Positions 19,545-30,653 of a DNA stretch of 64,000 bases are shown here, one piece after another. A program made the position numbers and the translations under genes. The notes beneath the pieces were generated by a model. The model was not told the DNA's origin. It was given only the letters and a program-made list of their open reading frames with translations, and did no database searches. This stretch comes from Candidatus Latescibacterota bacterium (GTDB lineage Bacteria; Krumholzibacteriota; Krumholzibacteriia; WVZY01; JAKEHA01): the NCBI GenBank assembly GCA_963707635.1, contig OY970173.1, forward strand, positions 1,312,001-1,376,000, read 5' to 3'. Numbering within the stretch: position 1 is the stretch's first letter; each line of letters opens with the position of its first letter.

Positions 19545-20745
19545 ATGCCCGTCCGTCCCGCCCTGAAGGCAGTAATAGCTGCGCTATCGGTGTTCGCCGT
19601 CGCATGCGCGGGTACCGCCGTTCCGATCGAGTACGACTCCATTTCGGCTCTCGAAAGCCGACTTCGCGACCTCGCCCACCAGGAGGACATCCCCGCTCTC
19701 ACCGTGCTGGCGGTCCGCGGTGAAGCGGATCGCGTGGGCATACTCCACCGGAGCCGCGGACCTGCGGCGACACATCGATGCGGATACGAGCACCGTCTAC
19801 TGGTGGTATTCGCTCACCAAGATCGTGACCGCGACCGCCATCATGCAACTCGCCGAGAAGGGACTCGTTGATCTCGACGCGCCCGTTCGGCGCTATGTTC
19901 CGTACTTCACACCGGAGCCTCACGCACGAACGGATCGGGAAGCAATGGTGCGACACCTGTTGACCCACAGCAGCGGACTGGGCGACCGGGAGTGGCAGGC
20001 CGCGCGATGGTATCGTCTCGAGTCGCAGCCGAGCCCCGATCCGGAAGCGCAACTCAAAGACCTGCTGTCGAAGTACCACAAACTCAAGTCCAACCCCGGC
20101 GAGAAGCGCCGCTATTCCAATGTGGGCTACGCGCTTCTGGGAGAGATCGTTGCGCGTGCGTCCGGGATGCCGTACCGAGAGTACGTGGAGCAGAACATCC
20201 TCGCGCCGCTCGGCATGTCGCGCACCGGATTCACCGTCGATGACGCGATGGGGTTCGACGTGGCCGTGGGGTACGAAAAACCATGGAGCATGATGGGCGT
20301 TGTACTCCGCATCGTCTCGGGAGGCGGCGCCATCGAGGAAAACGACAACGGCTTGCTCGCGTTGAAACGCCTCCATCCGCGCGCGTCGTCGTACGCGGGA
20401 CTGATCGGACCCGCCAACGATCTCGCGCGGTTCGTAATCGCCCACACCAACGACGGCGCCTGTCTCGGGCGACGCATTCTCTCCGCCGCGTCCACGCACG
20501 CCATGCAGGAACCGCAGCTGAACAGCAAGGGCGAGTATCTGCGGGCACTCGGCTGGTACCGCGTCGGAGACGGGGCCGCCGTCTTCGTCGGTCACCGGGG
20601 CGGGGGACCCGGGTTCCGCTGCGAGGTTCGCATCTATCCGGAGAAACACCTGGCCGTCGTCGTGCTCGGCAACCGGACGTTTGACTCCTGGCCCGTGGCC
20701 GATCTGGTGGCGGCCAACGAACGCCTGTTCACTGTGTTAGAATGA
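19545..20745 (+). pseudogene. Serine hydrolase (beta-lactamase/AmpC-like) lipoprotein with apparent +1 frameshift near 19722-19725
   Basis: Lipoprotein signal MPVRPALK...FAVAC in one frame continues as RIAWAYSTGAADL in the next frame. SLTK, YSN and GHRG motifs follow. Span is 1201 nt = 3n+1. May be a sequencing error rather than a true pseudogene. Confidence 0.75.
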
Positions 20746-20771
20746 CCCGCAAGACCCAGGGAGGAAGCCGC

Positions 20772-21137
20772 ATGTTCCGCGGATTGCGAACCGTCATCTA
20801 TCACGTCGATAATCTGGACAAGGGGAAGGCCTGGTACGCCGGCGTGCTCGATCGCGCGCCCTACTTCGACCAGCCCTACTATGTCGGCTTCCAGGTGGGT
20901 GGCTTCGAGCTGGGGCTGGTGCCGGACGGGAAGTCGGGTCCGGGCGGAACGGTGGCCTACTGGGGGGTTGCCGACGCCGCCAAGACGCTCGCCCGGCTGG
21001 AGTCTCACGGCGCCGCCGTGCGTGAAAAGTTGCAGGACGTCGGCGAAGGCATCAAAGTCGCCGCGGTGGCGGACCCCTTCGGCAATACCATCGGGATCAT
21101 CGAGAATCCCAATTTCGATACCAAGAAGGTCGGTTGA
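20772..21137 (+). CDS. VOC/glyoxalase family protein
   Basis: VIYHVDNLDKGKAWY...DPFGNTIGIIE. GGAGG RBS. Confidence 0.88.
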   Translation: MFRGLRTVIYHVDNLDKGKAWYAGVLDRAPYFDQPYYVGFQVGGFELGLVPDGKSGPGGTVAYWGVADAAKTLARLESHGAAVREKLQDVGEGIKVAAVADPFGNTIGIIENPNFDTKKVG

Positions 21138-21140
21138 CTC

Positions 21141-21527
21141 ATGGGCGTCTCATATACCATCGATAAGAATCTTCTCAGGCTGAACATGGAGGGCGAATAC
21201 GCGACCGAAGACATCGTCCGGCAATTCCTGGTCGCGATCGACGACCCGAAGTGCCCGAAGCCGGTGGCGCTGCTCGTGGACGTCAGTCGCTCCGCGTCGC
21301 TCGCGACACGCCCGGTCGAACAGATCCGCCTGATCGCCGAGCGACTCGGCGAATACTCCGAACGGATCGGCGGACGCTGTGCCGTGCTGGCCTCATCGGA
21401 CGTGAATTTCGGGTTGAGCCGGCTGGGGTCGGTGTACAGCGAAGGCGTCGGGGTGAGCACGAGTGTGTTCCGGGACCTGCCGGAGGCGCTGGCATGGCTC
21501 GGTGTCACACCCCCGAAGTCCCCGTGA
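21141..21527 (+). CDS. Hypothetical protein (possibly STAS/SpoIIAA-like fold)
   Basis: LLVDVS...CAVLA...VFRDLPEALAWL pattern. Tightly coupled to neighbouring genes. Confidence 0.65.
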   Translation: MGVSYTIDKNLLRLNMEGEYATEDIVRQFLVAIDDPKCPKPVALLVDVSRSASLATRPVEQIRLIAERLGEYSERIGGRCAVLASSDVNFGLSRLGSVYSEGVGVSTSVFRDLPEALAWLGVTPPKSP

Positions 21528-22825
21528 TGCACGCGCGAACCGATTCTGTGACGCGCGCGGCGTGGAACCTGCGCGCTGCCGTCGTGCTGGCTGCGCTCGC
21601 CCTGGCCGCGCCGGCGGTCCGTGCCGCGGACATCGCGGAGCAGATCGACGCCTACGTCAAGCCGTTCGCGGACGCCGGACAATTTTCCGGTTGTATCCTG
21701 GCCGTGCGCGGGGGAAAGGTGGTCTATCAGCGCGCGTTCGGCATGGCGGACGCCGAGCACCGCGTCCCGAACACCCTCGACACGCGCTTTTGCATCGCGT
21801 CGGTCACCAAGAACATGACGCGCGCGCTGGCGATCCGGCTGATCGAGGAGAAGAAACTCTCGCCGGCGGACTCCATCGCGAAATGGATCCCCGACTTTCC
21901 ACGCGGCAACGAGATCACGGTCGAGATGCTGATGCGGCATCAGTCCGGGATTCCGCACCGCGTGACCACCGACGAAGAAGAGACCCGGCGCACCACCTCG
22001 GCGGCAATGGTGGAAAAGGCGAAGCGCGCCCCGCTTTCGTTCTCGCCGGGCGAGAAGCGACTCTACAGCTCCACCGGGTACACGGTGCTCGCCCGCGTGC
22101 TCGAGCTCGCCACCGGCAAGTCGTTCTCCTCGCTGCTGGAGAAGTACATCTTCGAGCCGGCGCACATGACCGGAACGGTCGACTTCGACGGCAAGCGCAA
22201 GATCCCGAGCCGCGCTCACGAGTATCTGCTCCAGGAGACGGGCGCGGTGCCCGCGCCTCCCAAGGACTACTCGTTTCTGGTCGGCGCGGGATCGCTCTTC
22301 AGCACGGTGGGCGACGTGCGCCGCTTCTGCGACGCGGTGCTCGACAGCGTGTACGGCAACGGCGTGCGTTTCTCGCTTTCGCAGAATGGACAGACGGGCG
22401 CCAACGGCGCCGTGAACGGCTACCGCTGCTTTGCCGCGTTCGATCGAGGGCAAGGGTACGGCCTCGTGGTTGCCGCCAACCTGGAATCGGGGGCCAACGA
22501 CCTCCTGCAGCGCGACCTGCCGCAGATCCTTTCGGGGAAGAAAGTGCCCGTCCCGATGGTCCCGAAGGTGGCGCCGGTGGCGATCGACGCCGCGCGCCTG
22601 ACGGAGTACGTCGGGACCTACGACATGTCGGGATCCACCTTCGAAATACTCGTCGAGGGTGACCACCTCTACGCGGGACGGTTCCGCCTCATGCCGATCG
22701 GGAACGACCGCTTCTATTCCTGCGGGGGCTACGCCGAGATCGCGTTCTTCCGCGAAGGCGCCAGCGTGACGGGCCTGTCGTGGGCCGGGCCCGCCGGAAC
22801 CTCGGAGTGGCGCCGGCTGCCATGA
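21527..22825 (+). CDS. Secreted serine hydrolase (beta-lactamase family)
   Basis: Signal peptide, FCIASVTK (SxxK), LMRHQSGI, YSS. ATG overlaps the upstream stop (TGATG). Confidence 0.87.
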   Translation: MHARTDSVTRAAWNLRAAVVLAALALAAPAVRAADIAEQIDAYVKPFADAGQFSGCILAVRGGKVVYQRAFGMADAEHRVPNTLDTRFCIASVTKNMTRALAIRLIEEKKLSPADSIAKWIPDFPRGNEITVEMLMRHQSGIPHRVTTDEEETRRTTSAAMVEKAKRAPLSFSPGEKRLYSSTGYTVLARVLELATGKSFSSLLEKYIFEPAHMTGTVDFDGKRKIPSRAHEYLLQETGAVPAPPKDYSFLVGAGSLFSTVGDVRRFCDAVLDSVYGNGVRFSLSQNGQTGANGAVNGYRCFAAFDRGQGYGLVVAANLESGANDLLQRDLPQILSGKKVPVPMVPKVAPVAIDAARLTEYVGTYDMSGSTFEILVEGDHLYAGRFRLMPIGNDRFYSCGGYAEIAFFREGASVTGLSWAGPAGTSEWRRLP

Positions 22826-25452
22826 TCGGCGAGACGATTTCCCATTACCGCATTCTCGAGAAGCTCGGGGAGGGCGGGATGGGGGTCGTCTACCGGGCCG
22901 AAGACACGCGGCTCGGACGCATGGTCGCGCTGAAGTTCCTCCCCGCCGACGTCAACCAGGACGAGAACGCCCGACACCGCTTCCTGCGCGAGGCCAGAGC
23001 CGCGTCCGCGCTCGACCATCCCAACATCTACACGATCCATGAAGTCGACGAGACGGCGGACGGCCGCGCGTTCATATGCATGGCGTATTACGACGGCGAG
23101 TCCCTGCAGTCGAAGCTTCGCGGCACGCCGCTCCCGGTGGATGAGGCGGTTGCCATCGCGGCCCAGGTGGCGGACGGCCTCTCCAGCGCGCACGCCGCCG
23201 GGATCGTGCACCGGGACATCAAACCCGAAAACGTCATGATCACCCGGGACGGTGTCGCGAAGATCGTGGACTTCGGACTGGTCAAGCGAGCGAGCGACGC
23301 CCGCCTCACCACCGACGGCGCGGCGCTGGGAACGGTGGCCTACATGTCGCCGGAGCAGGTGCGCGGCGAGGACGTCGACGCGCGCTCCGACCTGTTTTCG
23401 CTGGGGGCGGTGCTCTACGAGATGCTCACCGGCCGGCCCCCGTTTCGCGGCGACCACCCGGCCTCCGTTCTCTATTCGATAACCAACGACCCGGTCGACG
23501 CGCCGTCGCACACCAACCACCGGGTGCCGGCGGAGCTGGATCGGATCGTCGTCAAGGCGCTCGCGAAGGATCTGGGCTCGCGCTACGCGTCGGCGTCGCA
23601 GCTCTCCGCGGACCTCCGCGGGCTCGGCCTCGCGACAGTCGCCGCGACACCGGCGCGCGCCGGGCGGCGCCTGCTCTGGACGCTCGCGCTCGCGGCCATC
23701 GCCGTGGTGGTGGCCCTCGGCGTCATATGGACCCAGCGCCGGAGTGCGACGGATATCGCCCGCGTGACGCACGACACCCCCGCCGGTGCGCCCGCAAGCC
23801 GGCGCACCACCTCGCAGCTCACCTTCGGCTCGAGCCTGGAGGACTGGCCCGCGTGGTCGCCCGACGGCGCGCGACTGGCTTACAGCGCGGAGGCAGACGG
23901 ATTCAAGCACCTCTTCGTGTGGTCCCGGGATTCCGGTAACGCCGGGCAGGTGACGCGCGGCGACTTCGACGATATCCAGGCGGCGTGGTCACCCGACGGG
24001 AATGCGATCGCGTTTGTGCGCGCGAACACCGCCGCGGGCAAGCTCTCCCCGACCGACGTGCTCGGTTATTTCAACGAAAGCGCACATGTCTACGTGCTGG
24101 ATGTCGCCGCCGGCGCCACCCGGAAGCTGATCGACAACGCATTCAACCCGTCGTATTCGCCGGACGGATCCACAATTCTCGTCGACGCGGCGTGGGCGGG
24201 GGCTCGGCGCATCTGGACGACCGACGCGCGCGGACGCAACCCGAAGCAGCTCACCACCGACGCGTCCGAGGCCGTCGTCCACGTGTCGCCCGCGTGGTCC
24301 CCGGACGGCACGCGCGTGGTCTATTGCCGCGTCCAGAATACGCGCGCCGACATCGAGGTCTTCGATCTCGCGACGCAGACCACTGTCCGCCTCACGGACG
24401 ATTGGTTCAACGATCTCGACCCGGTGTGGTCGCCGAGTGGACGCTACGTCTACTTCTCGTCGAACCGTGGCGGCGGGCTCAACCTCTGGCGCGTGGCGGT
24501 GGATGGTTCCACCCCGCGTGCACCGGAGCAGGTCACGACCGGCGCGGGCGATGACCTCCAGCCGTCGATCTCGCCCGACGGGTCGCGCCTCGCGTTCGTC
24601 GCGCTGGGATTGAACTCGGATCTGTGGCGTCTGCCGCTCGACCCAAAATCCGGCAAGCCGACTCGCGCGGCAGACGCTCTGATCGCCACCACGCGCGAAG
24701 ACAGCCGCGCCGCGTGGTCTCCCGACGGGAGCACGATCGCGTTCAACTCCGACCGGCTGGGCGACATGAATCTGTGGCTTCATTCGCTTCTGGACGGGAG
24801 CGAGCGCCGGCTGACCACCGGCGCGGGCGGCGACTACCAGGCGAACTGGTCGCCGGACGGGCAGAGGATCGCGTTTTTCTCTTCGCGGTCGGGAAACCTG
24901 GACATCTGGACGGTGGGTCTCGCGGACAGCGCGATGCGACAACTCACGTCGGATCCCGGCCTCGACGTGAATCCGTTCTTCTCGCCCGACGGAACCATGA
25001 TCGCGTTTCAATCGGATCGCGGGGGGCGCTCGGAGTTGTGGGTCATGCAATCGGACGGCACGCTCCCGCGACCGGTCGCCAGTGTCGAAGCGAACGGCCA
25101 CTTCGTGTGCTGGCGTGATAGTCGCCGGATCATGTTCGCATCGGGATGGGGCGCGGATCGTGTGATCTACAACGTCGACGTGGAGAACGGGGCGCTCGAG
25201 ACCATGCCGAAGATTAAGAGTGGCGCCCACATGTCGTTCTCTCCGGACGGCACACTCGTTCTGGACGTCACGGGGCACAAAGCGCTCTGGATCAACCCGC
25301 TGAGCGGCGCGGAGCCCACGAAGATTTTCGAGTTCGACAGCCCCGACATCCGGATCGACTACCCGAGGTGGTCGCCCGACGGCCGCTGGGCCGTCTTCGA
25401 CCGCGTCGCCCCCCAGGGCGGAGACATCTGGTCGATCGAAGGGTTGGAATAA
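22822..25452 (+). CDS. Hanks-type Ser/Thr protein kinase with TM and C-terminal PD40/TolB-like beta-propeller repeats
   Basis: LGEGGMGVVY, VALK, HRDIKPEN, DFG, YMSPEQ. One TM helix, then many (W/F/Y)SPDG repeats. ATGA overlap with the upstream gene. Confidence 0.92.
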   Translation: MIGETISHYRILEKLGEGGMGVVYRAEDTRLGRMVALKFLPADVNQDENARHRFLREARAASALDHPNIYTIHEVDETADGRAFICMAYYDGESLQSKLRGTPLPVDEAVAIAAQVADGLSSAHAAGIVHRDIKPENVMITRDGVAKIVDFGLVKRASDARLTTDGAALGTVAYMSPEQVRGEDVDARSDLFSLGAVLYEMLTGRPPFRGDHPASVLYSITNDPVDAPSHTNHRVPAELDRIVVKALAKDLGSRYASASQLSADLRGLGLATVAATPARAGRRLLWTLALAAIAVVVALGVIWTQRRSATDIARVTHDTPAGAPASRRTTSQLTFGSSLEDWPAWSPDGARLAYSAEADGFKHLFVWSRDSGNAGQVTRGDFDDIQAAWSPDGNAIAFVRANTAAGKLSPTDVLGYFNESAHVYVLDVAAGATRKLIDNAFNPSYSPDGSTILVDAAWAGARRIWTTDARGRNPKQLTTDASEAVVHVSPAWSPDGTRVVYCRVQNTRADIEVFDLATQTTVRLTDDWFNDLDPVWSPSGRYVYFSSNRGGGLNLWRVAVDGSTPRAPEQVTTGAGDDLQPSISPDGSRLAFVALGLNSDLWRLPLDPKSGKPTRAADALIATTREDSRAAWSPDGSTIAFNSDRLGDMNLWLHSLLDGSERRLTTGAGGDYQANWSPDGQRIAFFSSRSGNLDIWTVGLADSAMRQLTSDPGLDVNPFFSPDGTMIAFQSDRGGRSELWVMQSDGTLPRPVASVEANGHFVCWRDSRRIMFASGWGADRVIYNVDVENGALETMPKIKSGAHMSFSPDGTLVLDVTGHKALWINPLSGAEPTKIFEFDSPDIRIDYPRWSPDGRWAVFDRVAPQGGDIWSIEGLE

Positions 25453-25494
25453 GCGGATGGGTGTACTATTCCTCTATCCAGGAGGTTCATTGCC

Positions 25495-26073
25495 ATGTCG
25501 AAGACGATTCTGCAACTCGTCGGCGACTTCGCCGAAGACTACGAAGTCATGGTCCCGTTCCAGGCGCTGCAGATGGTCGGGCACACCGTCCACGCCGTCT
25601 GTCCCGACAAGAAGGCGGGAGAGAAGATCCGAACTGCCATCCACGATTTCGAAGGAGATCAAACCTACAGCGAGAAGCGGGGGCACGACTTTGCGCTCAA
25701 CGCAACGTTTGCCACGGTCAAGCCCCAGGACTACGACGCGCTGGTCATCTCGGGCGGCCGCGCGCCGGAGTACATCCGTCTCAACCCGCGCGTGCTCGAG
25801 CTGGTGCGTCACTTTTTCGACGCCGGCAAGCCGGTGGCCGCCGTGTGCCACGGCGCGCAGGTGCTGACCGCCGCCGGCGTCGTCAAGGGACGCACCGTGT
25901 CGGCCTATCCGGCAGTGGGTCCGGAAGTCAAGGCCGCGGGCGGCGAATACGCCGACATTCCGATCAGCGATGCCGTGACGGACGGGAACCTGGTGACAGC
26001 TCCGGCATGGCCGGCCCACCCGGCGTGGCTGGCGCAGTTTCTCAAGGTGTTGGGGACGAAGATCACCGGCTGA
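25495..26073 (+). CDS. DJ-1/PfpI family protein
   Basis: [18 protein letters not shown] nucleophile, [18 protein letters not shown]. Confidence 0.92.
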   Translation: MSKTILQLVGDFAEDYEVMVPFQALQMVGHTVHAVCPDKKAGEKIRTAIHDFEGDQTYSEKRGHDFALNATFATVKPQDYDALVISGGRAPEYIRLNPRVLELVRHFFDAGKPVAAVCHGAQVLTAAGVVKGRTVSAYPAVGPEVKAAGGEYADIPISDAVTDGNLVTAPAWPAHPAWLAQFLKVLGTKITG

Positions 26074-26311
26074 ACTCCGGCCCGGGGCCTCGGTCGAAAC
26101 GTTAGGTAATTGCGGGCGCCCGCCCCGGCAGGTTATTCTCTCTGCAGCCGCATTCGCACCGCCTGCCCAAACCGGTCGGCGGCTCGTCGGGGAGTTGTGT
26201 CGTCGGCGAGTTCGTCGCGGCTCGTCAGAATTCGTAGTATAATTCCGGGCTCCTCGGACCGGTGGCGTTCCACCGCACGGGGTGTCCGCACCCCAGGGAG
26301 ACTCTCGTATC

Positions 26312-27436
26312 ATGTTGAAGCGCATTGGCATAGTGGTCGCGATCATCATCGTCATCGTCGGGGCGCTCGCGTTCGTGAAGTACCGCCAGATCAAGGCCGC
26401 CATGTCGGGCGGAGCCTGGTCACCGCCGCCGGAGGCGGTCACCACCGTGGTGGCGAAGGAAGACAGCTGGCAGGGAACCCAGCACGCCATCGGCAGCGCG
26501 ACCGCGGTGAGCGGAGTCACCGTGAGCGCGGACCTTCCCGGGATCGTGCAGGAAATCACCTTCGTCTCGGGCCACGCCGCGAACGCGGGTGACGTGCTCG
26601 TGCGCCTGGACACGACCCAGGAGCGCGCGCAGCTGGCCGCGTCCGAGGCCCAGCGGGACCTCGCCCACTTGAATCTCGATCGCGCGAAGGATCTCAAGGA
26701 GAAGGAAGTCATCTCGCAGGCCGAGTTCGACCGCGTCAACGCGGAGGCGAAGGGCGCGGACGCCAACGTGGAAGAGGTGCGCGCGGTCATCGAACGCAAG
26801 ACCATCCGCGCGCCGTTCCGGGGAATTCTCGGGATCCGGCGCGTGAATCTCGGCCAGTACCTCTCTGGCGGCGACCCGGTGGTGTCGCTGCAGGCGCTCG
26901 ACCCGATCTACGTGAACTTCGGCGTGCCGCAGCAGGCGACCGGCACGCTGCGCGTGGGCAACGAGGTGCAGGCCGTCGTCGAAGGCGTCGACGGCGTGGC
27001 GGCGACCGGGAAGATCACGGCGATCAACTCGGTGGTGGACGAGGCCACCCGCAACGTCGAGGTCCAGGCCACCTTCGCCAACCCGAAGGGTGTCCTGCGC
27101 CCCGGCATGTTCGTGGAGATCGACATGCTCCTGGATTCCAAGAGCGTGATGGTGGCGCTGCCGTCATCGGCGATCAACTTTGCGCCGTACGGCAACTCGG
27201 TGTTCATCGTGGAAGACGTAAAGGGCCCCACCGGCGCGACCTACCGCGGCGTGCGCCAGCAGTTCGTCAAGCTCGGCCCCGCGCGCGGTGATCAGGTGTC
27301 CGTCCTCTCCGGGGTCAAGCCCGGCGAGGAAGTGGTGAGCTCGGGCGTGTTCAAGCTCCGGCCCGGCGCCGCGGTCGAGGTCAACAATGAGATCCAGCCG
27401 TCCAACGATCCGGCGGCGAAGCCCGAGGACAGCTAG
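26312..27436 (+). CDS. RND efflux membrane fusion (periplasmic adaptor) subunit
   Basis: N-terminal TM, IRAPFRGILG, LRPGMFV, LSGVKPGEEVV. Directly upstream of the RND permease. Confidence 0.92.
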   Translation: MLKRIGIVVAIIIVIVGALAFVKYRQIKAAMSGGAWSPPPEAVTTVVAKEDSWQGTQHAIGSATAVSGVTVSADLPGIVQEITFVSGHAANAGDVLVRLDTTQERAQLAASEAQRDLAHLNLDRAKDLKEKEVISQAEFDRVNAEAKGADANVEEVRAVIERKTIRAPFRGILGIRRVNLGQYLSGGDPVVSLQALDPIYVNFGVPQQATGTLRVGNEVQAVVEGVDGVAATGKITAINSVVDEATRNVEVQATFANPKGVLRPGMFVEIDMLLDSKSVMVALPSSAINFAPYGNSVFIVEDVKGPTGATYRGVRQQFVKLGPARGDQVSVLSGVKPGEEVVSSGVFKLRPGAAVEVNNEIQPSNDPAAKPEDS

Positions 27437-30400
27437 ATGAAGATCACCGACGTCTTCATACGCCGGCCCGTCTTCGCGGTCGTCCTCAACCTGGTCATCC
27501 TGATCGCGGGCCTGCAGTCGATCCGCTCGCTCTCCGTGCGCCAGTACCCGCGCAGCGACATCGCCGTGATCTCCGTGACGACGGCGTACATCGGCGCGAA
27601 CGCCGACCTGGTGCGCGGTTTCATCACCACCCCGCTCGAGCGCGTGATTGCGAGCGCCGACGGCATCGACTTCATGGAGTCGTCGAGCGTGCAGGGGCTG
27701 AGCACCATCACGGTGCACCTGAAGCTCAACTTCGACACCAGCGCGGCGCTCACGCAGATCCAGTCCAAGGTGGCGCAGGTGCGAAACGACCTCCCGCCCG
27801 AGGCGGAGGCACCGATCATCCAGGTCAGCACCGCGGACGACGAATTCGCCGCGATGTACCTCGGGTTCTCCTCCGAGGACCTCGACCAGAACCAGATTAC
27901 GGACTATCTCACGCGCGTGGTGCAGCCGAAGCTTTCCGCTGTGAGCGGAGTGCAGCGCGCGGAGATTCTCGGCGCGCGGACCTTCGCGATGCGGGTGTGG
28001 CTCAAGCCGGAGAAGATGGCCGCGCTCGGCATCGCACCGTCGACGGTGCGCGACGTGCTCGCGGACAACAATTACCTCTCCGCGCTGGGCAGCACGAAGG
28101 GGTCGATGGTGTCGGTCAACCTGGTCGCCAACACCGACCTCAAGACCGCGGACGAGTTCCGCAAGATGGTCGTCAAGGAAGAGGGTGGGGCGGTGGTCCG
28201 GCTGGGCGACATCGCCGACGTCCAGCTCGGCGCGGAGAACTACGAGCAGGACGTCCGCTTCAATGGGCAGTCGGCCACCTTCATCGGCATCTGGGTGCTT
28301 CCCACCGCGAACTCGCTCGAGGTGGTGGGCCGGGTGCGCGAGCTCATGCCCGATATCCAGGCGCAGCTGCCCCGGGGCATGACCGCCGGCATCCCGTACG
28401 ATTCGACCGAGTACATCGAGCACGCCATCCGGGAAGTGTTGAAGACGCTCTCCGAGACCCTGCTTATCGTCATCGCGGTCATCTTCATGTTCCTGGGCTC
28501 GTTGCGCGCCATGATCATCCCCGTGGTGGCGATCCCGATTTCGCTGATCGGCACGGTGTTCCTGATGGCGTTGGCCGGCTTCACCATCAACCTGCTCACA
28601 CTGCTCGCGGTGGTGCTGTCGGTCGGACTGGTGGTCGACGACGCGATCGTCATGGTGGAGAACATCGAGCGGCACCTGCACATGGGGGAGAGGCCGCTGC
28701 GCGCGGCCACCAAGGCGGCGCGCGAGCTGGTGGGTCCGATCGTCGCGATGACCATCACGCTGGCCGCGGTGTACACGCCGGTGGCCATCCAGGGCGGTCT
28801 CACCGGCGCGCTCTTCCGCGAGTTCGCGTTCGCGCTCGCAGGAGCTGTGATCGTGTCCGGGGTGGTGGCGCTGACGCTCTCGCCGGTGATGGGGGCGAAG
28901 ATGCTCCGCTTCGGGGACACCGAGCGGGGCTTCGCGGGCTTCGTCAACCGGCGCTTCGAGAGCCACCGCCGTCTCTACGTGCGCATGCTCACCAACACGC
29001 TCAAGTACCGGCCCGCCGTGTTCATCGTGTGGGCCGTGGTGGTCGCGCTGATGGGCCCATTCTACATGTTCTCACAAAAAGAGCTCGCGCCCGCTGAGGA
29101 CCAGTCCATTGTCTTCGGGATCGTGCAGGCCGCCGCGAATTCGACCCTCGACCAGACGATGCTCTTTGCGAGCGAGGTCAACAAGGTCTACGCGGCGTTT
29201 CCGGAGACCAAGGCGACGTTCCAGATCACGTTTCCCACCTTCGGGTTCGGCGGCATGGTGACGAAGCCGTGGAGCGAGCGCAAGAAGAGCACCTCGCAGC
29301 TCCACATGGAATCGTCGGTGGCGCTAGCGAAGATTCCCGGTGTCCGCGTCATTCCGATGGTCCCGCCCGCGCTCCCGGGCGGCAGCGGTTTTCCGGTGGA
29401 TTTCGTGATCGCGTCGACGGCGGAGCCGCAGCAGCTGGTCGATTTCGCGAATCAGCTCGTGGGCAAGGCATACCAGAGCGGGATGTTCATGTACGCGGAC
29501 ACCGACCTCAAGTTCGACCAGCCTCAGGCCGAGGTGGTCTTCAACCGCGACAAGGTCCGCTCAGAAGGCATCGACATGAGTCTCGTCGGCCGCGACCTCT
29601 CCACGCTCTTGAGCGGGAACTACGTGAATCGCTTCAGCATTCAGGGGCGCAGCTACAAGGTCATCCCGCAGATCAAGCGCAGCGAACGCCTGACCCCGGA
29701 CCAACTCGCCGACATCTACGTCTCCGGACCGGAGGGCCGGCTGGTCCCGCTGTCGACGTTTGCGACTCTCGCGACCTCCACGGAGCCGCGCGAGCTCAAG
29801 CGCTTTCAGCAGCTCAACGCCGTGCGCGTGCAGGGGGTCATTCCGCCAGGGGTGTCGCTCGACAAGGCGCTGCGCTTCCTGGAGGACGAGTCGCGAAAGA
29901 TCCTGCCGCCGGGCTACTCGATCGACTACGCCGGCGAGTCGCGGCAGCTGCGCAAAGAGGGCAGCAAGTTCCTCGGCGTGTTTCTGCTGTCGGCGATTCT
30001 CATCTACCTCGTGCTCGCGGCGCAGTTCGAGAGCTTCCGCGACCCGTTCGTGATCCTGGCCGGCTCGGTCCCGCTGGCCCTTTCCGGCGCGCTCACGTTC
30101 TCGTTCCTCGGGTTCACGACGCTCAACATCTACAGCCAGGTGGGTTTGATCACGCTCGTCGGACTGGTGGCAAAGAACGGCATTCTGATCGTCCAGTTCG
30201 CGAACGAACTGCAGCTGGCGGGAAAAGCGAAACTCGCCGCGGTCATCGAGGCGGCGGGCACGCGCTTGCGTCCGATCTTGATGACCACCTCCGCGACGGT
30301 GGTTGGCCACTTGCCGCTGGTGTTCGCGAGCGGACCGGGTGCGGGAGCGCGCAACTCGATCGGCATCATGCTGGTGAGCGGGATGATCATCGGGTCGGCC

Positions 30401-30508
30401 TTCACGCTGTTCGTCGTGCCGTCGATCTACATGCTGATCGCCCGCACCCGCGGACCTGCGGTCGCGGACGCCGAGGAAATCGAGCTTGCGGCCGCGGAAG
30501 CCGTCTAG
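27437..30508 (+). CDS. RND efflux permease (AcrB family, MexI/MexW-like)
   Basis: 1023 aa. FIRRPV, GLVVDDAIVMVENI, QFESFRDP, GLVAKNGILIV, RLRPILMTT. Confidence 0.95.
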   Translation: MKITDVFIRRPVFAVVLNLVILIAGLQSIRSLSVRQYPRSDIAVISVTTAYIGANADLVRGFITTPLERVIASADGIDFMESSSVQGLSTITVHLKLNFDTSAALTQIQSKVAQVRNDLPPEAEAPIIQVSTADDEFAAMYLGFSSEDLDQNQITDYLTRVVQPKLSAVSGVQRAEILGARTFAMRVWLKPEKMAALGIAPSTVRDVLADNNYLSALGSTKGSMVSVNLVANTDLKTADEFRKMVVKEEGGAVVRLGDIADVQLGAENYEQDVRFNGQSATFIGIWVLPTANSLEVVGRVRELMPDIQAQLPRGMTAGIPYDSTEYIEHAIREVLKTLSETLLIVIAVIFMFLGSLRAMIIPVVAIPISLIGTVFLMALAGFTINLLTLLAVVLSVGLVVDDAIVMVENIERHLHMGERPLRAATKAARELVGPIVAMTITLAAVYTPVAIQGGLTGALFREFAFALAGAVIVSGVVALTLSPVMGAKMLRFGDTERGFAGFVNRRFESHRRLYVRMLTNTLKYRPAVFIVWAVVVALMGPFYMFSQKELAPAEDQSIVFGIVQAAANSTLDQTMLFASEVNKVYAAFPETKATFQITFPTFGFGGMVTKPWSERKKSTSQLHMESSVALAKIPGVRVIPMVPPALPGGSGFPVDFVIASTAEPQQLVDFANQLVGKAYQSGMFMYADTDLKFDQPQAEVVFNRDKVRSEGIDMSLVGRDLSTLLSGNYVNRFSIQGRSYKVIPQIKRSERLTPDQLADIYVSGPEGRLVPLSTFATLATSTEPRELKRFQQLNAVRVQGVIPPGVSLDKALRFLEDESRKILPPGYSIDYAGESRQLRKEGSKFLGVFLLSAILIYLVLAAQFESFRDPFVILAGSVPLALSGALTFSFLGFTTLNIYSQVGLITLVGLVAKNGILIVQFANELQLAGKAKLAAVIEAAGTRLRPILMTTSATVVGHLPLVFASGPGAGARNSIGIMLVSGMIIGSAFTLFVVPSIYMLIARTRGPAVADAEEIELAAAEAV

Positions 30509-30546
30509 GGAGCGATCGCGGCGTCGCCCGGCGCGAAATCCTCTAG

Positions 30547-30575
30547 TTGACGTCCGCCGGGCCCGGAGCTAGCCT
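30547..30575 (+). promoter_or_regulatory. Putative sigma70 promoter
   Basis: TTGACG-N17-TAGCCT upstream of the Cys-rich ORF and the ferritin-like gene. Confidence 0.45.
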
Positions 30576-30653
30576 CCCCCCGACGGTCCAGAATTCGCTG
30601 CATCCTCCTGTCAGACCGCATCTGAGCAGTGCGTAACCGGCGAGGGGGCGGGT

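Noticed and set aside
26238..26243. TATAAT promoter upstream of the RND operon
   Set aside because: No recognisable -35 or extended -10 element, so support is too weak to list as a feature.
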